Source: Octopus bimaculoides (lineage: Eukaryota). From it: 50,950 nucleotides of DNA. The stretch is from contig NC_068981.1 in NCBI RefSeq assembly GCF_001194135.2, positions 46,188,605 through 46,239,554 of the forward strand, given 5' to 3'. Positions 26,601 to 38,270 of this stretch are shown here, piece after piece. The first letter of the stretch is position 1. The number at the start of each line of letters is the position of its first letter. The position numbers and the translations under genes were made by a program. The notes beneath the pieces are model-generated. The model worked only from the letters and a program-made list of their open reading frames with translations, was not told the origin of the DNA and searched no databases.

Positions 26601-27501
26601 CGACACTCAAGATATGTTTGGAGGAGAGAATATGCCAAAAGGCACTTGCCCAAAGCTCAGAAGAATAGTACAAGTACCTTATAATTGCAAACTAAATATC
26701 GCTAGCATTCGGCAATTTCTGTTTCCATTGTTATGTTTCTGTGTGGAAGTATATATATATATATATGCACATACCTACTTACACACAGACACGCAGGCAT
26801 ACACACGCACACGCACAAGAGCGCGCGCACACGTACACACACAAGCAAACACAAGCACACAACTAGCACACACTGGCACAGATTCGTACACACAATCCCA
26901 CATACATACACACATATACATATATGTGCGTGTGTGTGTATATATGTCGAGGCGCATGCTTAGGTGTCTGCGAGCATATGCATATGTGATTGTTGCATCT
27001 GCGCGCATTTGTGTTCGGTGAAATGGAGGAGAATGTTGGTTTATGCAACAAAGGACATAGACAATGTTCGGAAAATCAGGTGTTCATCAGGCAAGACAGT
27101 TATTTTGTAGTTATCCATCGATACTCCGGAAAGTGAATACATATATAAAGACCAATAGTAGAAAATTGTTTTCCAACTTATTCACTAGATTATGAAGAAT
27201 TTTCAAATAATATCTGCGTAAAGTGTTGCAGTAATGAAAAAGTTTACTTGATCAAGTCATCGAAGTTTCAATAACAAATGGAAAGTTATCCTTCCGACAC
27301 ACATAACCATTGAACTAATTGCTAATTCTGATGAGTCTAGTTTCACATACTTTTACCGCTCTTGGAGACGTTGCTTTTCATGATTATAGAAAATAATAAA
27401 TTAAGCGTGCTATAATAAATTGTGAGAGATTCATTGTGTGTAGATTGCAGAACTGATCAACAAGTAAAATATATACATTTCCATATATATATATATATAT
27501 A

Positions 27502-27711
27502 CTCGCTACCCACATTAATAAATTCAAAATTCGTAATAAGGAATTCAGTCTGGATTGGTTTCTTATAACAGACAACACACCGTACAATACCGACACTAGA
27601 AATTGTAAATTATGCGCAAAAGAATCGGTCAATATACTCCGTGCTGACAAAGCAATTTTACTTAATGAGTTTTGCGATGTCATTCTTCTTTGTAGACATA
27701 AATATTTATAA
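27502..27711 (+). mobile_element. Penelope-like element GIY-YIG C-terminal fragment (Met-less open frame, absent from the ORF track)
   Basis: LATHINKFKIRNKEFSLDWFLITDNTPYNTDTRNCKLCAKESVNILRADKAILLNEFCDVILLCRHKYL*. It matches the PLE C-terminal pattern W.I...PY.....C.LC..E...I.....LLN.......CRH. Confidence 0.85.
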
Positions 27712-28442
27712 ACTTATAATTTTTTTTCCAAAACTAATTAGTTTATATGATTTTAACCTATTTACCCTTTGTGCATTTGGATTCAACTATTATCTATAGC
27801 ATCATAATTTATTTACACATGTAAATGTAGCTCTTATATTATATGTCATTCCCCAGAACCGTACGGTCCAACACAGACTTCGAATTTTTAAAGTTCTTGA
27901 ATATTTTATTCTGCTTAAAACTTTAAGATTTAGATAACTCTATTATAAATCCTCTGAGATTACCGCTGATGAGAGAAATGTGGATGATTGTTATGGTTGG
28001 AATTAAATCGTCTATACCAAATTATATTATCTCAAAAACCACCGTCCGACTTTGTGCCTGCTGAAGATTCTTCTTAAAATCATTATATATCACCATCTCA
28101 TCTATTCCTAATTGATTTTAATACGGACATACAAGCTCGCCAGTACATTTATATACGTAGAAATATATACTTATACATTTTTATATTATATAATGAATGC
28201 TGTCAAATATTCCGATGCTTTGAAACATTTTGATTAAATATAAAGATTTTCTTCGGTGTTTCTTGGATTTATATTCTTAATGCTCTCTTAGATTGCTAAT
28301 TAGTTGTGTTGTATACGGGGATAATTATCCTATTTATTTCTTCATTATATATATANNNNNNNNNNNNNNNNNNNNNNNNNNNNNNNNNNNNNNNNNNNNN
28401 NNNNNNNNNNNNNNNNNNNNNNNNNNNNNNNNNNNNNNNNNN

Positions 28443-28466
28443 ATATATATATATATATGTATATGT

Positions 28467-28497
<31 letters not shown>
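28443..28497 (+). repeat. (TA)n/(ATAG)n microsatellite
   Basis: Directly visible. Confidence 0.9.
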
Positions 28498-28498
<1 letters not shown>

Positions 28499-29994
28499 AT
28501 GGAAATGTATACAGGACAGCGATTTACGTAGGCAACCATAAATATATAGGCAAGCTTTGTCATCTTTAGAAATAGGTAAATTTCAATATCCATACATGCA
28601 TGCATACATTGTCATGCACACGACACACACATTTGTATATAGATATGAACATATTTGCGATATTCACACGGTCACACATATGAGTATATGTGCGCGTGTG
28701 TTTGTGCAATGTGCATTTTCTTAAAATTTGCACAAACAATTGACTTTTTTATGAAATATGTTACACTAATGAAGCACGAATAATACAGTATAACTAAGGA
28801 GCTTCGGGCGGAAATTGTAATTTAATTTTTATCTCAGCAACATTGATATAACTAGAATAGTAATAGCATTATATAACGCTATTAATATTTTTATTAATGG
28901 TTGTAAATTTTTATTTATTGTGCAATTAATATTATTTATGACCCGCTCAACGTAAGTTAGTTTGGTCATTGTGATCATTATCCAATTTTTGTCACCAAGC
29001 GTGATGTATTTTGAGTATCTGTATTCTATATTGTCCGCACTAATATTTGTTAACTTTGCAGACTGTAGGAGAAGACAATAATATGTACTTCCGGTATAAA
29101 TACTATCAAATACGCCATTTTGAATAAATTAATATTTTTAGCCTCAAGCTATCTCTGATTTCACTAAATCGCTTTCTGGAGTTACCAACTGAGCCAACGT
29201 AATATACATAGCTACTATTGTTGTGAGATTGACATTATATACTACATTGCTTACTAAGGAATTACACTGATGGGGCTTAAATCTCTATTCTGATGTATCA
29301 ATTAAGAGGGCCACATGACTCAAAGAATGTTAAGATTTTTATTTTTTTATTTTGCGGTATAATTTGTCCTTCATTCGCTGTAGAAGTTATAAATTCATTA
29401 TTTTTAGTAATATTAGAATCGTACATATTTTGACTAAACTGATCTGGGCGGTGTTTGTAATAATTGTGGTAGTCATTTTTATAGTTATAGGGCAGGGTCT
29501 ACTTACAGACATATCTAGAGAATATAGCTGTGTTTTGTTTCCATACGTCATAAGGAAACACTGGTATATTCAGATTTGATGTGAGATTAGAATATTCGCG
29601 TGTCATAGTATTTTCCTAGTATTTTGCATGGCATTTTGTTTGGAGGGAGGAATCTTTCGCTGCATCTTTTTGTTTTACAGCTTTTATCCTTTACGAAATA
29701 CATGGCATACGATTTGCAATATTTCTATTCAATAATATATAGGAATAGTTATTCCTACGAAGCGTACTGCTCATACACTCAGTGACAGAAACAGACATGC
29801 ACCCACATACATGTAGATGTATATATATNNNNNNNNNNNNNNNNNNNNNNNNNNNNNNNNNNNNNNNNNNNNNNNNNNNNNNNNNNNNNNNNNNNNNNNN
29901 NNNNNNNNNNNNNNNNNNNNNNNNNNNNNNNNNNNNNNNNNNNNNNNNNNNNNNNNGTGTGTGTGTGTTTGTGCGTGTATACGTACGCATATGA

Positions 29995-30140
<146 letters not shown>

Positions 30141-31612
30141 GCGCGCCTGCGTATGTGCATGTGCCTATCCATTTGGAATTGAAATGAGGTAATTCGAGTA
30201 AATGTAAGAAATTTCCGATTGAATCGCTTTATAACATATGAATGAGAAACAAACATTTAGAAAAAAATGTTTGAAACCAATAAAATAATATGTGAATAAG
30301 ATTTAATTGAGAAATAGCTGCTTAATCAAGTATAGTGGTTTAGAAAACATTCATGTGGAGTTGTCGACATGCAAACATTATTACGTAATATTGACACAAA
30401 CAACTAAAATGATTAGAGCCTATGCTGAAGATGATGAATAGTTAATTTCGTTAATATTATTTTTTTTTTCAAAATCTGAATCATTCATTGGAGTTAGAAA
30501 ATAAATAAATACTTTAAGAGGAAAGTAAGGAGAAAAAAGAAAACAAAATAAAATAGAAAAAAAAACATTTAATGAAATTATAGACAATTTTATTTGCTCT
30601 GTTTTATTTCCTTATTCATATTTTTTATTGACTGCAAAGAATTTAGCTTCAGAGTGCAGCTCCATGTTAACTTTCTGGTAGCCATAGACATTTTTTAAAT
30701 CTTATATATACACATTCGTTTTTATAAACTTTATGCTTCGGTCACTTATTATTATGTCAATGTTGATATGTATGGCATGGTTTAATATATCGAAGATTCC
30801 TTTGTAGCTTGTAATTTCTACACACAATGTTCTTAGAGGTGTCTAAAATATAAAAAACAATATGCTACTGAGAGAAATTCTATGAATCATGGGCAACGCA
30901 ATGTTTGAGTCTTCAGGGCAATGCAGTTGATATACAATGGTTGTATATACGATGCATATACAATTTTTGTAAATTATATGCAGTCTCATATACGATTGTA
31001 TATACATGACAAACCTTGTCATGTATATACGAGGCGTTTGAAATAAAAATCCAAAAGTAGCTCGTGGTATTGCCGGTATGTCGTAAGAATCTGGTGTGTT
31101 GACCTGAATTGAACTTTCCGTTGGAAAGAACATCCAGAAATTCACAGGAAAGGCAAAATCTTTGTTTCGAAGACATAGGAACAAACGAAACATTCCTCAG
31201 AGTATTCAGTAATCAGTAAATTAGACATTCGTCATTAAATATATTCCATGTTGGAATGAAGATTTCAGCATAGCGCAGAAACTGTAAGTGGTCTGTCATT
31301 GATAAAACGAAATCAGGTTGAAACAGCGATATCTGATGAAGCGCCAACGATATTGCTTGTTAAAAATACAAAGATTCTTAGTACAATTTCTCTGAGACAA
31401 TACGTTACAGTTAGAATCGTTTTCCTTTCTTATATTCATTAAAAATTTCATGTATATTTATATATATAATTATATATACTAAATTAAACTTTTCGCTGTT
31501 TCCATTGATTTAACTGTACAGCTGATGCAGATCTTGCTGTTAAGATTTAAATAATGTGATAAAGTTGAACCTTACGCCCCCACAAAATCTGTGAAGATCA
31601 ATCATTCTAGCT

Positions 31613-31823
31613 GGTGAGCGGGTAGATCCGTCAGACGCCAGGATAAACGCTTGGCTGCACTTCATCTGTCTTGAAGTTCTGAGTTCAAAATCCGTCGAAA
31701 TTCACTACGCATTTCGGTTTTTATTGTCCTATAAAATTAGTAGCAGTTGAACACTGAGATAGATGTAATTGAATTACTCCACCCCGAAAAAAATTTCTGA
31801 CATTGCGCCAAAATTTGAAACCA
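31613..31823 (+). mobile_element. tRNA-derived SINE, degenerate full-length copy
   Basis: Head ggtgagcgggtagatccgtcag..., B-box GTTCAAAATCC at 31683-31693, and 3' end gcgccaaaatttgaaacc shared with the 4006 copy. Confidence 0.7.
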
Positions 31824-33989
31824 ATATATGATGTTTACTGCAGCCAGGCATGATGTTTATTTCAATATATTAGAATAATAATCATAAAAGAAGCAAATAA
31901 TAAAACAAAAAATCAAGCGTAAGTAATCATAAATGAATAATTGTGTTCATAGACAATATACAATATATGTACCATTATACGATGGAAATAACCTGTGTTG
32001 AAATCCGGCAGAGAAACGACAGGCATTATTCATTGAAATGTTCTTTTCTTTTTCCTCTGAATAGTACGTTCTAAAAGTAATTAAATGCTTAAATTTTGTA
32101 TAATTTCATGAAAACTTAAAAATTCTGCAATATGTATTGCTATGTGATATAACAATTTCGGGTTTTGTTTCCAATATAATATATCTACNNNNNNNNNNNN
32201 NNNNNNNNNNNNNNNNNNNNNNNNNNNNNNNNNNNNNNNNNNNNNNNNNNNNNNNNNNNNNNNNNNNNNNNNNNNNNNNNNNNNNNNNNNNNNNNNNNNN
32301 NNNNNNNNNNNNNNNNNNNNNNNNNNNNNNNNNNNNNNNNNNNNNNNNNNNNNNNNNNNNNNNNNNNNNNNNNNNNNNNNNNNNNNNNNNNNNNNNNNNN
32401 NNNNNNNNNNNNNNNNNNNNNNNNNNNNNNNNNNNNNNNNNNNNNNNNNNNNNNNNNNNNNNNNNNNNNNNNNNNNNNNNNNNNNNNNNNNNNNNNNNNN
32501 NNNNNNNNNNNNNNNNNNNNNNNNNNNNNNNNNNNNNNNNNNNNNNNNNNNNNNNNNNNNNNNNNNNNNNNNNNNNNNNNNNNNNNNNNNNNNNNNNNNN
32601 NNNNNNNNNNNNNNNNNNNNNNNNNNNNNNNNNNNNNNNNNNNNNNNNNNNNNNNNNNNNNNNNNNNNNNNNNNNNNNNNNNNNNNNNNNNNNNNNNNNN
32701 NNNNNNNNNNNNNNNNNNNNNNNNNNNNNNNNNNNNNNNNNNNNNNNNNNNNNNNNNNNNNNNNNNNNNNNNNNNNNNNNNNNNNNNNNNNNNNNNNNNN
32801 NNNNNNNNNNNNNNNNNNNNNNNNNNNNNNNNNNNNNNNNNNNNNNNNNNNNNNNNNNNNNNNNNNNNNNNNNNNNNNNNNNNNNNNNNNNNNNNNNNNN
32901 NNNNNNNNNNNNNNNNNNNNNNNNNNNNNNNNNNNNNNNNATATATACGCACACGTACACGTACACACATATGTACATATCCGTGTGTTTGCGCAAATAG
33001 TCAAAGAGACGAAGAGAGTGATGTTGGCCAAGAGATGGACATACTCATACATAATAATAAATATATAAAATATATGTCAACATTACCATTCGTATGCTCA
33101 TACGCCAGAAATTAGTTACACGCTACCTAATATTTTCTTTGAACTACAACATTTTATACCATTATACGCACATATTCATACACACACATATACACGCACG
33201 CATAATCATACATGCACACACACACGGACACACATATACACACACGGACACACATATACACACACGCTGAAACGTACGTAAAATTATATACCTTTACTGT
33301 TTTTCAGATATATGAAAAATAGTAGGCACTATCTTTGGAAAATGATACAATACATGTTAGCAGCATATAATTTACAATCCAGAATTACTGCAATTTCGAA
33401 GCCTATAGCAGGACTTAGCACACAANNNNNNNNNNNNNNNNNNNNNNNNNNNNNNNNNNNNNNNNNNNNNNNNNNNNNNNNNNNNNNNNNNNNNNNNNNN
33501 NNNNNNNNNNNNNNNNNNNNNNNNNNNNNNNNNNNNNNNNNNNNNNNNNNNNNNNNNNNNNNNNNNNNNNNNNNNNNNNNNNNNNNNNNNNNNNNNNNNN
33601 NNNNNNNNNNNNNNNNNNNNNNNNNNNNNNNNNNNNNNNNNNNNNNNNNNNNNNNNNNNNNNNNNNNNNNNGACTATGTTACCTTTACACTAGCGAATTA
33701 GCCTTCCTGTTTCTATTAAATTTTAGAATAATATTAGTTCGTGTTTGTTCTTTGTAAACGAACTTTGTATATGCATTAAGTGCGAATGTTTTTCTTTTTT
33801 TATACGACGCCGTATTTTACAATTCTACAAATAGTAATAATGGTATTTTTATATAAGCTTAAATCTTATGGCAATCACCGTGCAATGACTAAGGAAAAGG
33901 TCTAAGCACTCGTTGAAAAAAAGAAGGCTGGAAAGAGGTTTAAGAGACAGGATTTTCTGACCGGATAGTTTAATGAATGTGTACTGGTT

Positions 33990-35500
33990 TAAGACACCTG
34001 TTGGTTTGGAAACCTGAGGTGGTGTATCTGCATTAAAAAAAAGAAAGATGCCTCAGAGCATTTCCAAGAGCAGCCTGATACACCATTTCAGACATTGGAA
34101 TTTATGTACCGAAACAAGTGTAATTCGCTCGTCAAAAGTTTAAGCTCAGATGAATCCGGAATTTACATTTCACCAGTAAAGGACATCCTACGTTGTATAT
34201 AAGATAATATGCTACATTCAGTTTTGGTTGAGTTCAGCATCTTTAACGTAGGAAACCCAATTAAGTACCACTCCTTGGCACTGTATCGCTACTAAACTTT
34301 GACGTGAACGTTATCCAATGCAAATGTATTAGCGCTTAATTCATATCCCTTTCAATTTAATACGTCTCTCTAATAGTGGCTTCTAATGTACAGTAATTTC
34401 ACTCCTTCTGGCCATAAACGCTATAATTATGGTCAGAGATTTATTCGAAACTGAGTGGATTCAGCATGATGGCCCCCTTCCATTGTTTCCCGGTAAATGG
34501 TCTGTTATATCAAGCAAGTTATCAAGATGTAAGTATGTGCTATCGCTTATCCTCTAATGGATAGGCTTTGTCAAGTAGGCTTTGTCTTCTTGTTTTACAT
34601 ACTGAAGCAATCTGAAGTGTCACTTAATCGGAAATCTGATGTATTGACCAATATCCGTTAGTACGAAAACACCGAAAGCTCACAGTTTGTTTTAGTGTGT
34701 TCTCACCTGCTTTCCAGATTACTTACTTTTTGATAGGCTTGGATTAATTTTGCTACGGTATTCCTCAAAAAGGTTCAATAAATATCGTTATTACACTTCT
34801 TCTTAGGTCAGTGGAATTAAACTAAAATCGAACGCAAAACACTACCATCACACGTGCCTATTATCCAAGTATTTACATCAACATCGGCACGTACTCAATA
34901 ACAAGATGAATTACATAATTTAGAAATTCAGTATATCAAATGAAAATTTTATTGAGGCGGTAAACGTATATCTTTAACCAGTATGTGATTGAAATTCATC
35001 AATTTGATGCTATAAGTTTGGATATTTGGTAAATTACATCATCTTTTTCAGTACCTCACTATTTCATCATCTTTTACAGTACCTCACTATTTCTTGCGAA
35101 CAAATATTTTCTCTTTCGAGTGCTCATTCTGTTAATCGTCAGATATTGCGCAATGAGTCGTTCAGATGTTCTGTTAGGTTAATATAAGATACGATTGCCT
35201 GAAACACGGTTAGAAAATAATGTGTCTTCTGCCAACTGTGAGGAGTTGTGTCAACTCAATATGGCATAAAAGTAAGTGGGAAAGTGGTTTATATTCTTCA
35301 AAGAAGTAAACGATGCTGCTGTGAATAACGATTGCGATTCATTTCTTTTGGTAATTGAAAGCTATATTTTCAATCCTGGACAAACTAATAACGCTTCATC
35401 AAACAATTCCCATATTGTTGCATCGATGATTATTTAGCTACCTATAGACACCATCTACATGGAAATAATCATAGTCTAATCAACAAAAATGGCCTTTATG
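33990..35500 (-). mobile_element. Very degenerate CR1/L2-like LINE remnant (APE and RT pieces)
   Basis: Minus-strand pieces: SLKNINHFPT...HNSSQLAEDTLFSN (APE-like), TYLHLDNLLDITDH (cf. FLDLSKAFDTVDH), GRGPSC*IHSVSNKSLTII (cf. GIRGxLLxWIxSFLSNR), QGVVL...YVKD and LNSTKTECSI (cf. LNxxKT). The order is right but identity is low. Confidence 0.45.
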
Positions 35501-36109
35501 CTGCCACGATAAACACAGAAGTCAATTAGGGTTCAAAACACATACAAATGTTCTTTAAATCAACTGATCATTATCATGCCATGTACTGAAATATAATTAG
35601 TGTCTGAAAAACGTTGACCAAACCGTATTGTACCATGGTTAACTCAAGAAAAAACAAGAGCAATGCCTGTGATACAAATAGGATGCGCCTACTGAGTTGT
35701 CGAAAAGGGACAAAAGACCAAACTTTTCGCCAACATAAACCCATCATTTTACTACAATATATTAAAGGGAATAAGATTAAGTATGTGTTTCCGGCATGTA
35801 CCAGTATCAGTTAACAAAATATTATCCTTCTTAGATTAATATGTTTTTAGGAGAACATAGTAGGCAAAATGAAAGCAGTTGTAGATTGGTGAATCGTGAT
35901 TTTGCAAATAAAATATTTGAGGTTTTCTCACACGCACATATTTATATATGTGAGTATATGCGTATATATAGTAATATGTGGGGATGCGCATGTGTATTTA
36001 TATGTTTATAAGCATACACTGATACAGGCACACGCATATACATTAACATAATTCGTTCATTATATATCAAAATCAATCAACAATAAGTTTCAAAAGGTTT
36101 TGTAGTAGT

Positions 36110-36138
36110 AGTAATGATACTAGTAGTAATGGTAGTAA

Positions 36139-36197
<59 letters not shown>
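36110..36197 (+). repeat. (AGT)n microsatellite
   Basis: Directly visible. Confidence 0.95.
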
Positions 36198-36629
36198 TCA
36201 AAATTGGACTGAGCTATCTGATGCTATTTAATTTTAAGTCATTACGAAAATACGGCTACCGTGTGGTAGAGATGTGGGTTTAAGTCGTTAGTTTATCCAG
36301 TAAAGCGTCTATAATTACTAATTTCAGAACCTAAGCTAACTGGTGCTTTAAATGGTAAACATGTTTTTCGACCACCAAAGACTTTTCGGTTTTCATTTCA
36401 CTGTTATCTCCCATTGTAGTAGATGAATTATATAATCACTATTACACACACATTATATAAGTGTGACGTAGCGTATGCATGTTTGCATACATGCACTCAT
36501 ACACGCACACACACAAGCACACTAACATATTTATGTGCATGAAATATATTTGTTCATATTTTATTTATAAGTATATATATATATATATAGTCGGATAGAT
36601 AAATACATACATATATGCATAAATATATA

Positions 36630-37195
36630 TGGGTACAAGATGTCACTGAGCGTCTAAACAATAGGAAGTACACAAACAAATAAGGTAAATACGCAAACAG
36701 CGAGAGAAAAACATCAAAAACAGGACAAGTAAAATAAAGAACGACCCTTCATCCTTTGTTGGCTGTCTATCTACTACTCAATTCGTGCATTCAACGACAA
36801 TATGAGTCTTCGAAGCCAGTTACTCCCGTAAAATCCCGAATAAAATTTTGGATTTATGGATGGACAAAATTTGGTAACAAAATCCGGACAGTGGAGAAAT
36901 ACAAGGAAACCGACCGTAAATAAACATGGAGGGTCGTAAGACTAGAACGAGGGGAGAAATATTATCTTTGGAAAGAGAAAAGTTAGAAGAGAGAGAGAAG
37001 ACATCAGGTCCTTAGAACGTCGTGCAGATAAGGAGAGACGGTCACGTGAGTAAAAGAAAAATGGACGATGGTCACGTGTCGGCAACGAGAGAGAAAAAAA
37101 AGAGAAAGAAGGGGAGAGAGAAATAGAAAATAGTGAAGGGCAGAAAAAGGGAATTAGAGAAAGATGGCGAGGATACAGTATAGAAAACATTCAGG
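36630..37195 (-). mobile_element. Copy A of a ~0.55-kb repeat, probably a PLE-type terminal repeat (pLTR)
   Basis: Its reverse complement aligns by eye along its length with 37690-38270 and partly with 37210-37620. Shared blocks include gaccatcgtccatttttctttt, gcacgacgttctaaggac, cggtttcc, aaattttatt, ttgtcgttgaatgc, gtagatagacagc and cttgtcctgtttt. Confidence 0.8.
36739..36808 (-). ncRNA. Decayed permuted hammerhead-like motif, copy A
   Basis: Minus strand: gaCTCAT-A-TTGTCG-tt-GAATGCAC-GAAT-TGAG-15 nt-CAACAA-AGGATGA-a-GGGTCGTTC. The cleavage strand is intact; both core strands are mutated. Confidence 0.5.
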
Positions 37196-37209
37196 TAGGG
37201 TCGTTAGAC

Positions 37210-37620
37210 ATTCTAAGGTTTGGATGTAGACTATCTCGCTTTCTATCTTTTCTCTTTTCAAAGAAAATATTTCTCCCAGCATTCACTATTTCCCCCTCAT
37301 TCTGTCTTTTGTCCCTCTGTGTTGGTTTTCGTTCGGTTTCCTTGTATGACTACGCTGTCCGGATTTTTTCCCCAACTTTGACCCCTCCTTAAATCAAAAA
37401 TTTTATTTTGGAATTTATGGAAGCTTCGTAGACTCACATTGTCGTTGAATGCCCGAAATGAGGAGTAGATAGACAGCCTACAACTGATGAAGTGTCGTCA
37501 TTTCTGTTACTTGTCCTGTTTTCCATTTTCTCTAGTTGTTTCCGTATTTAACTCGTTTGTTTCCGTACTTCATGTTGTTTACACAGTTGCTGATTTTCCC
37601 TTATATTCATATATGTATAT
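37210..37620 (+). mobile_element. Copy B (5'-truncated) of the same repeat, head-to-head with copy A
   Basis: Aligns with the reverse complement of ~36640-37020 and with ~37880-38260. Confidence 0.8.
37431..37498 (+). ncRNA. Decayed permuted hammerhead-like motif, copy B
   Basis: gaCTCAC-A-TTGTCG-tt-GAATGCCC-GAAA(37455-58)-TGAG-15 nt-CTACAA-CTGATGA(37484-90)-a-GTGTCGTC. Both core strands are intact; the U16.1 position is C. Confidence 0.55.
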
Positions 37621-37689
37621 ATGTTATTAATATTATTATTTAATTGAACGCCACGCATCCATTTCCAAGTAAGTTTAACTTAACCTTTT

Positions 37690-38270
37690 TTGATACGAGT
37701 CTGCTCTATACAGTTTTCTCCCCATCTTTCTCTAATGCCTGTTTTCTCCACTTCACCGTTTTCTATTTGTCTTTCTCCCCTTCTTTCTCTTTCCCACTCA
37801 TCTCGTATCTATTTGCTCACACTTGACCATCGTCCATTTTTCTTTTCCTCGCGATCATCTTTCTTTTCCTGCACGACGTTCTAAGGACTAGGTGTTTTCT
37901 ATCTTTCCTCCTTTCACAGAAAAATATTTCTACTAGTGTCCAATATTTTTCCCTCATTCAGGTCTAACGACCTTGCATGTTTCTGTTTGATCGGTTTCCA
38001 TGTATGTCACCATTTTCCTGTTTTTGTTCCTAAATTTGACCCTCCATAAATCCAGAATTTTATTTGAAATTTATGGGAGCAACTGGCTTCCAAGTCTCAA
38101 ATTGTCATTGAGTGCTCGAACTGCGAAGTAGGTAGACAGCTGACAAATAATGTGTTACTTATCCTGTTTGACTTATCCTGTTTTCCATTTTTTCTCTCGT
38201 TATTTGTGTATTTAACTCATACGTTTTCGTATTTCGAGTTGTTTACACGGTGACTTTCTGTACCAATATA
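37690..38270 (+). mobile_element. Copy C of the same repeat, direct relative to copy B
   Basis: Aligns along its length with the reverse complement of copy A; ribozyme-like region at 38094-38152 with a degraded core. Confidence 0.8.

Noticed and set aside
27961-27990. CTGATGA-ga-GAAA about 250 bp downstream of the Penelope C-terminal fragment
   Set aside because: The position fits a pLTR hammerhead, but there is no stem II and I could not find stem I or stem III partners. It may be a deleted relic but is not supportable.
31028-31060. TA-cgaggcgtttgaaataaaaatcc resembling a mariner TIR
   Set aside because: No matching second TIR or transposase motifs nearby.
31325-31370. CTGATGA with upstream GAAA motifs
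   Set aside because: No consistent set of three helices in any strand order.
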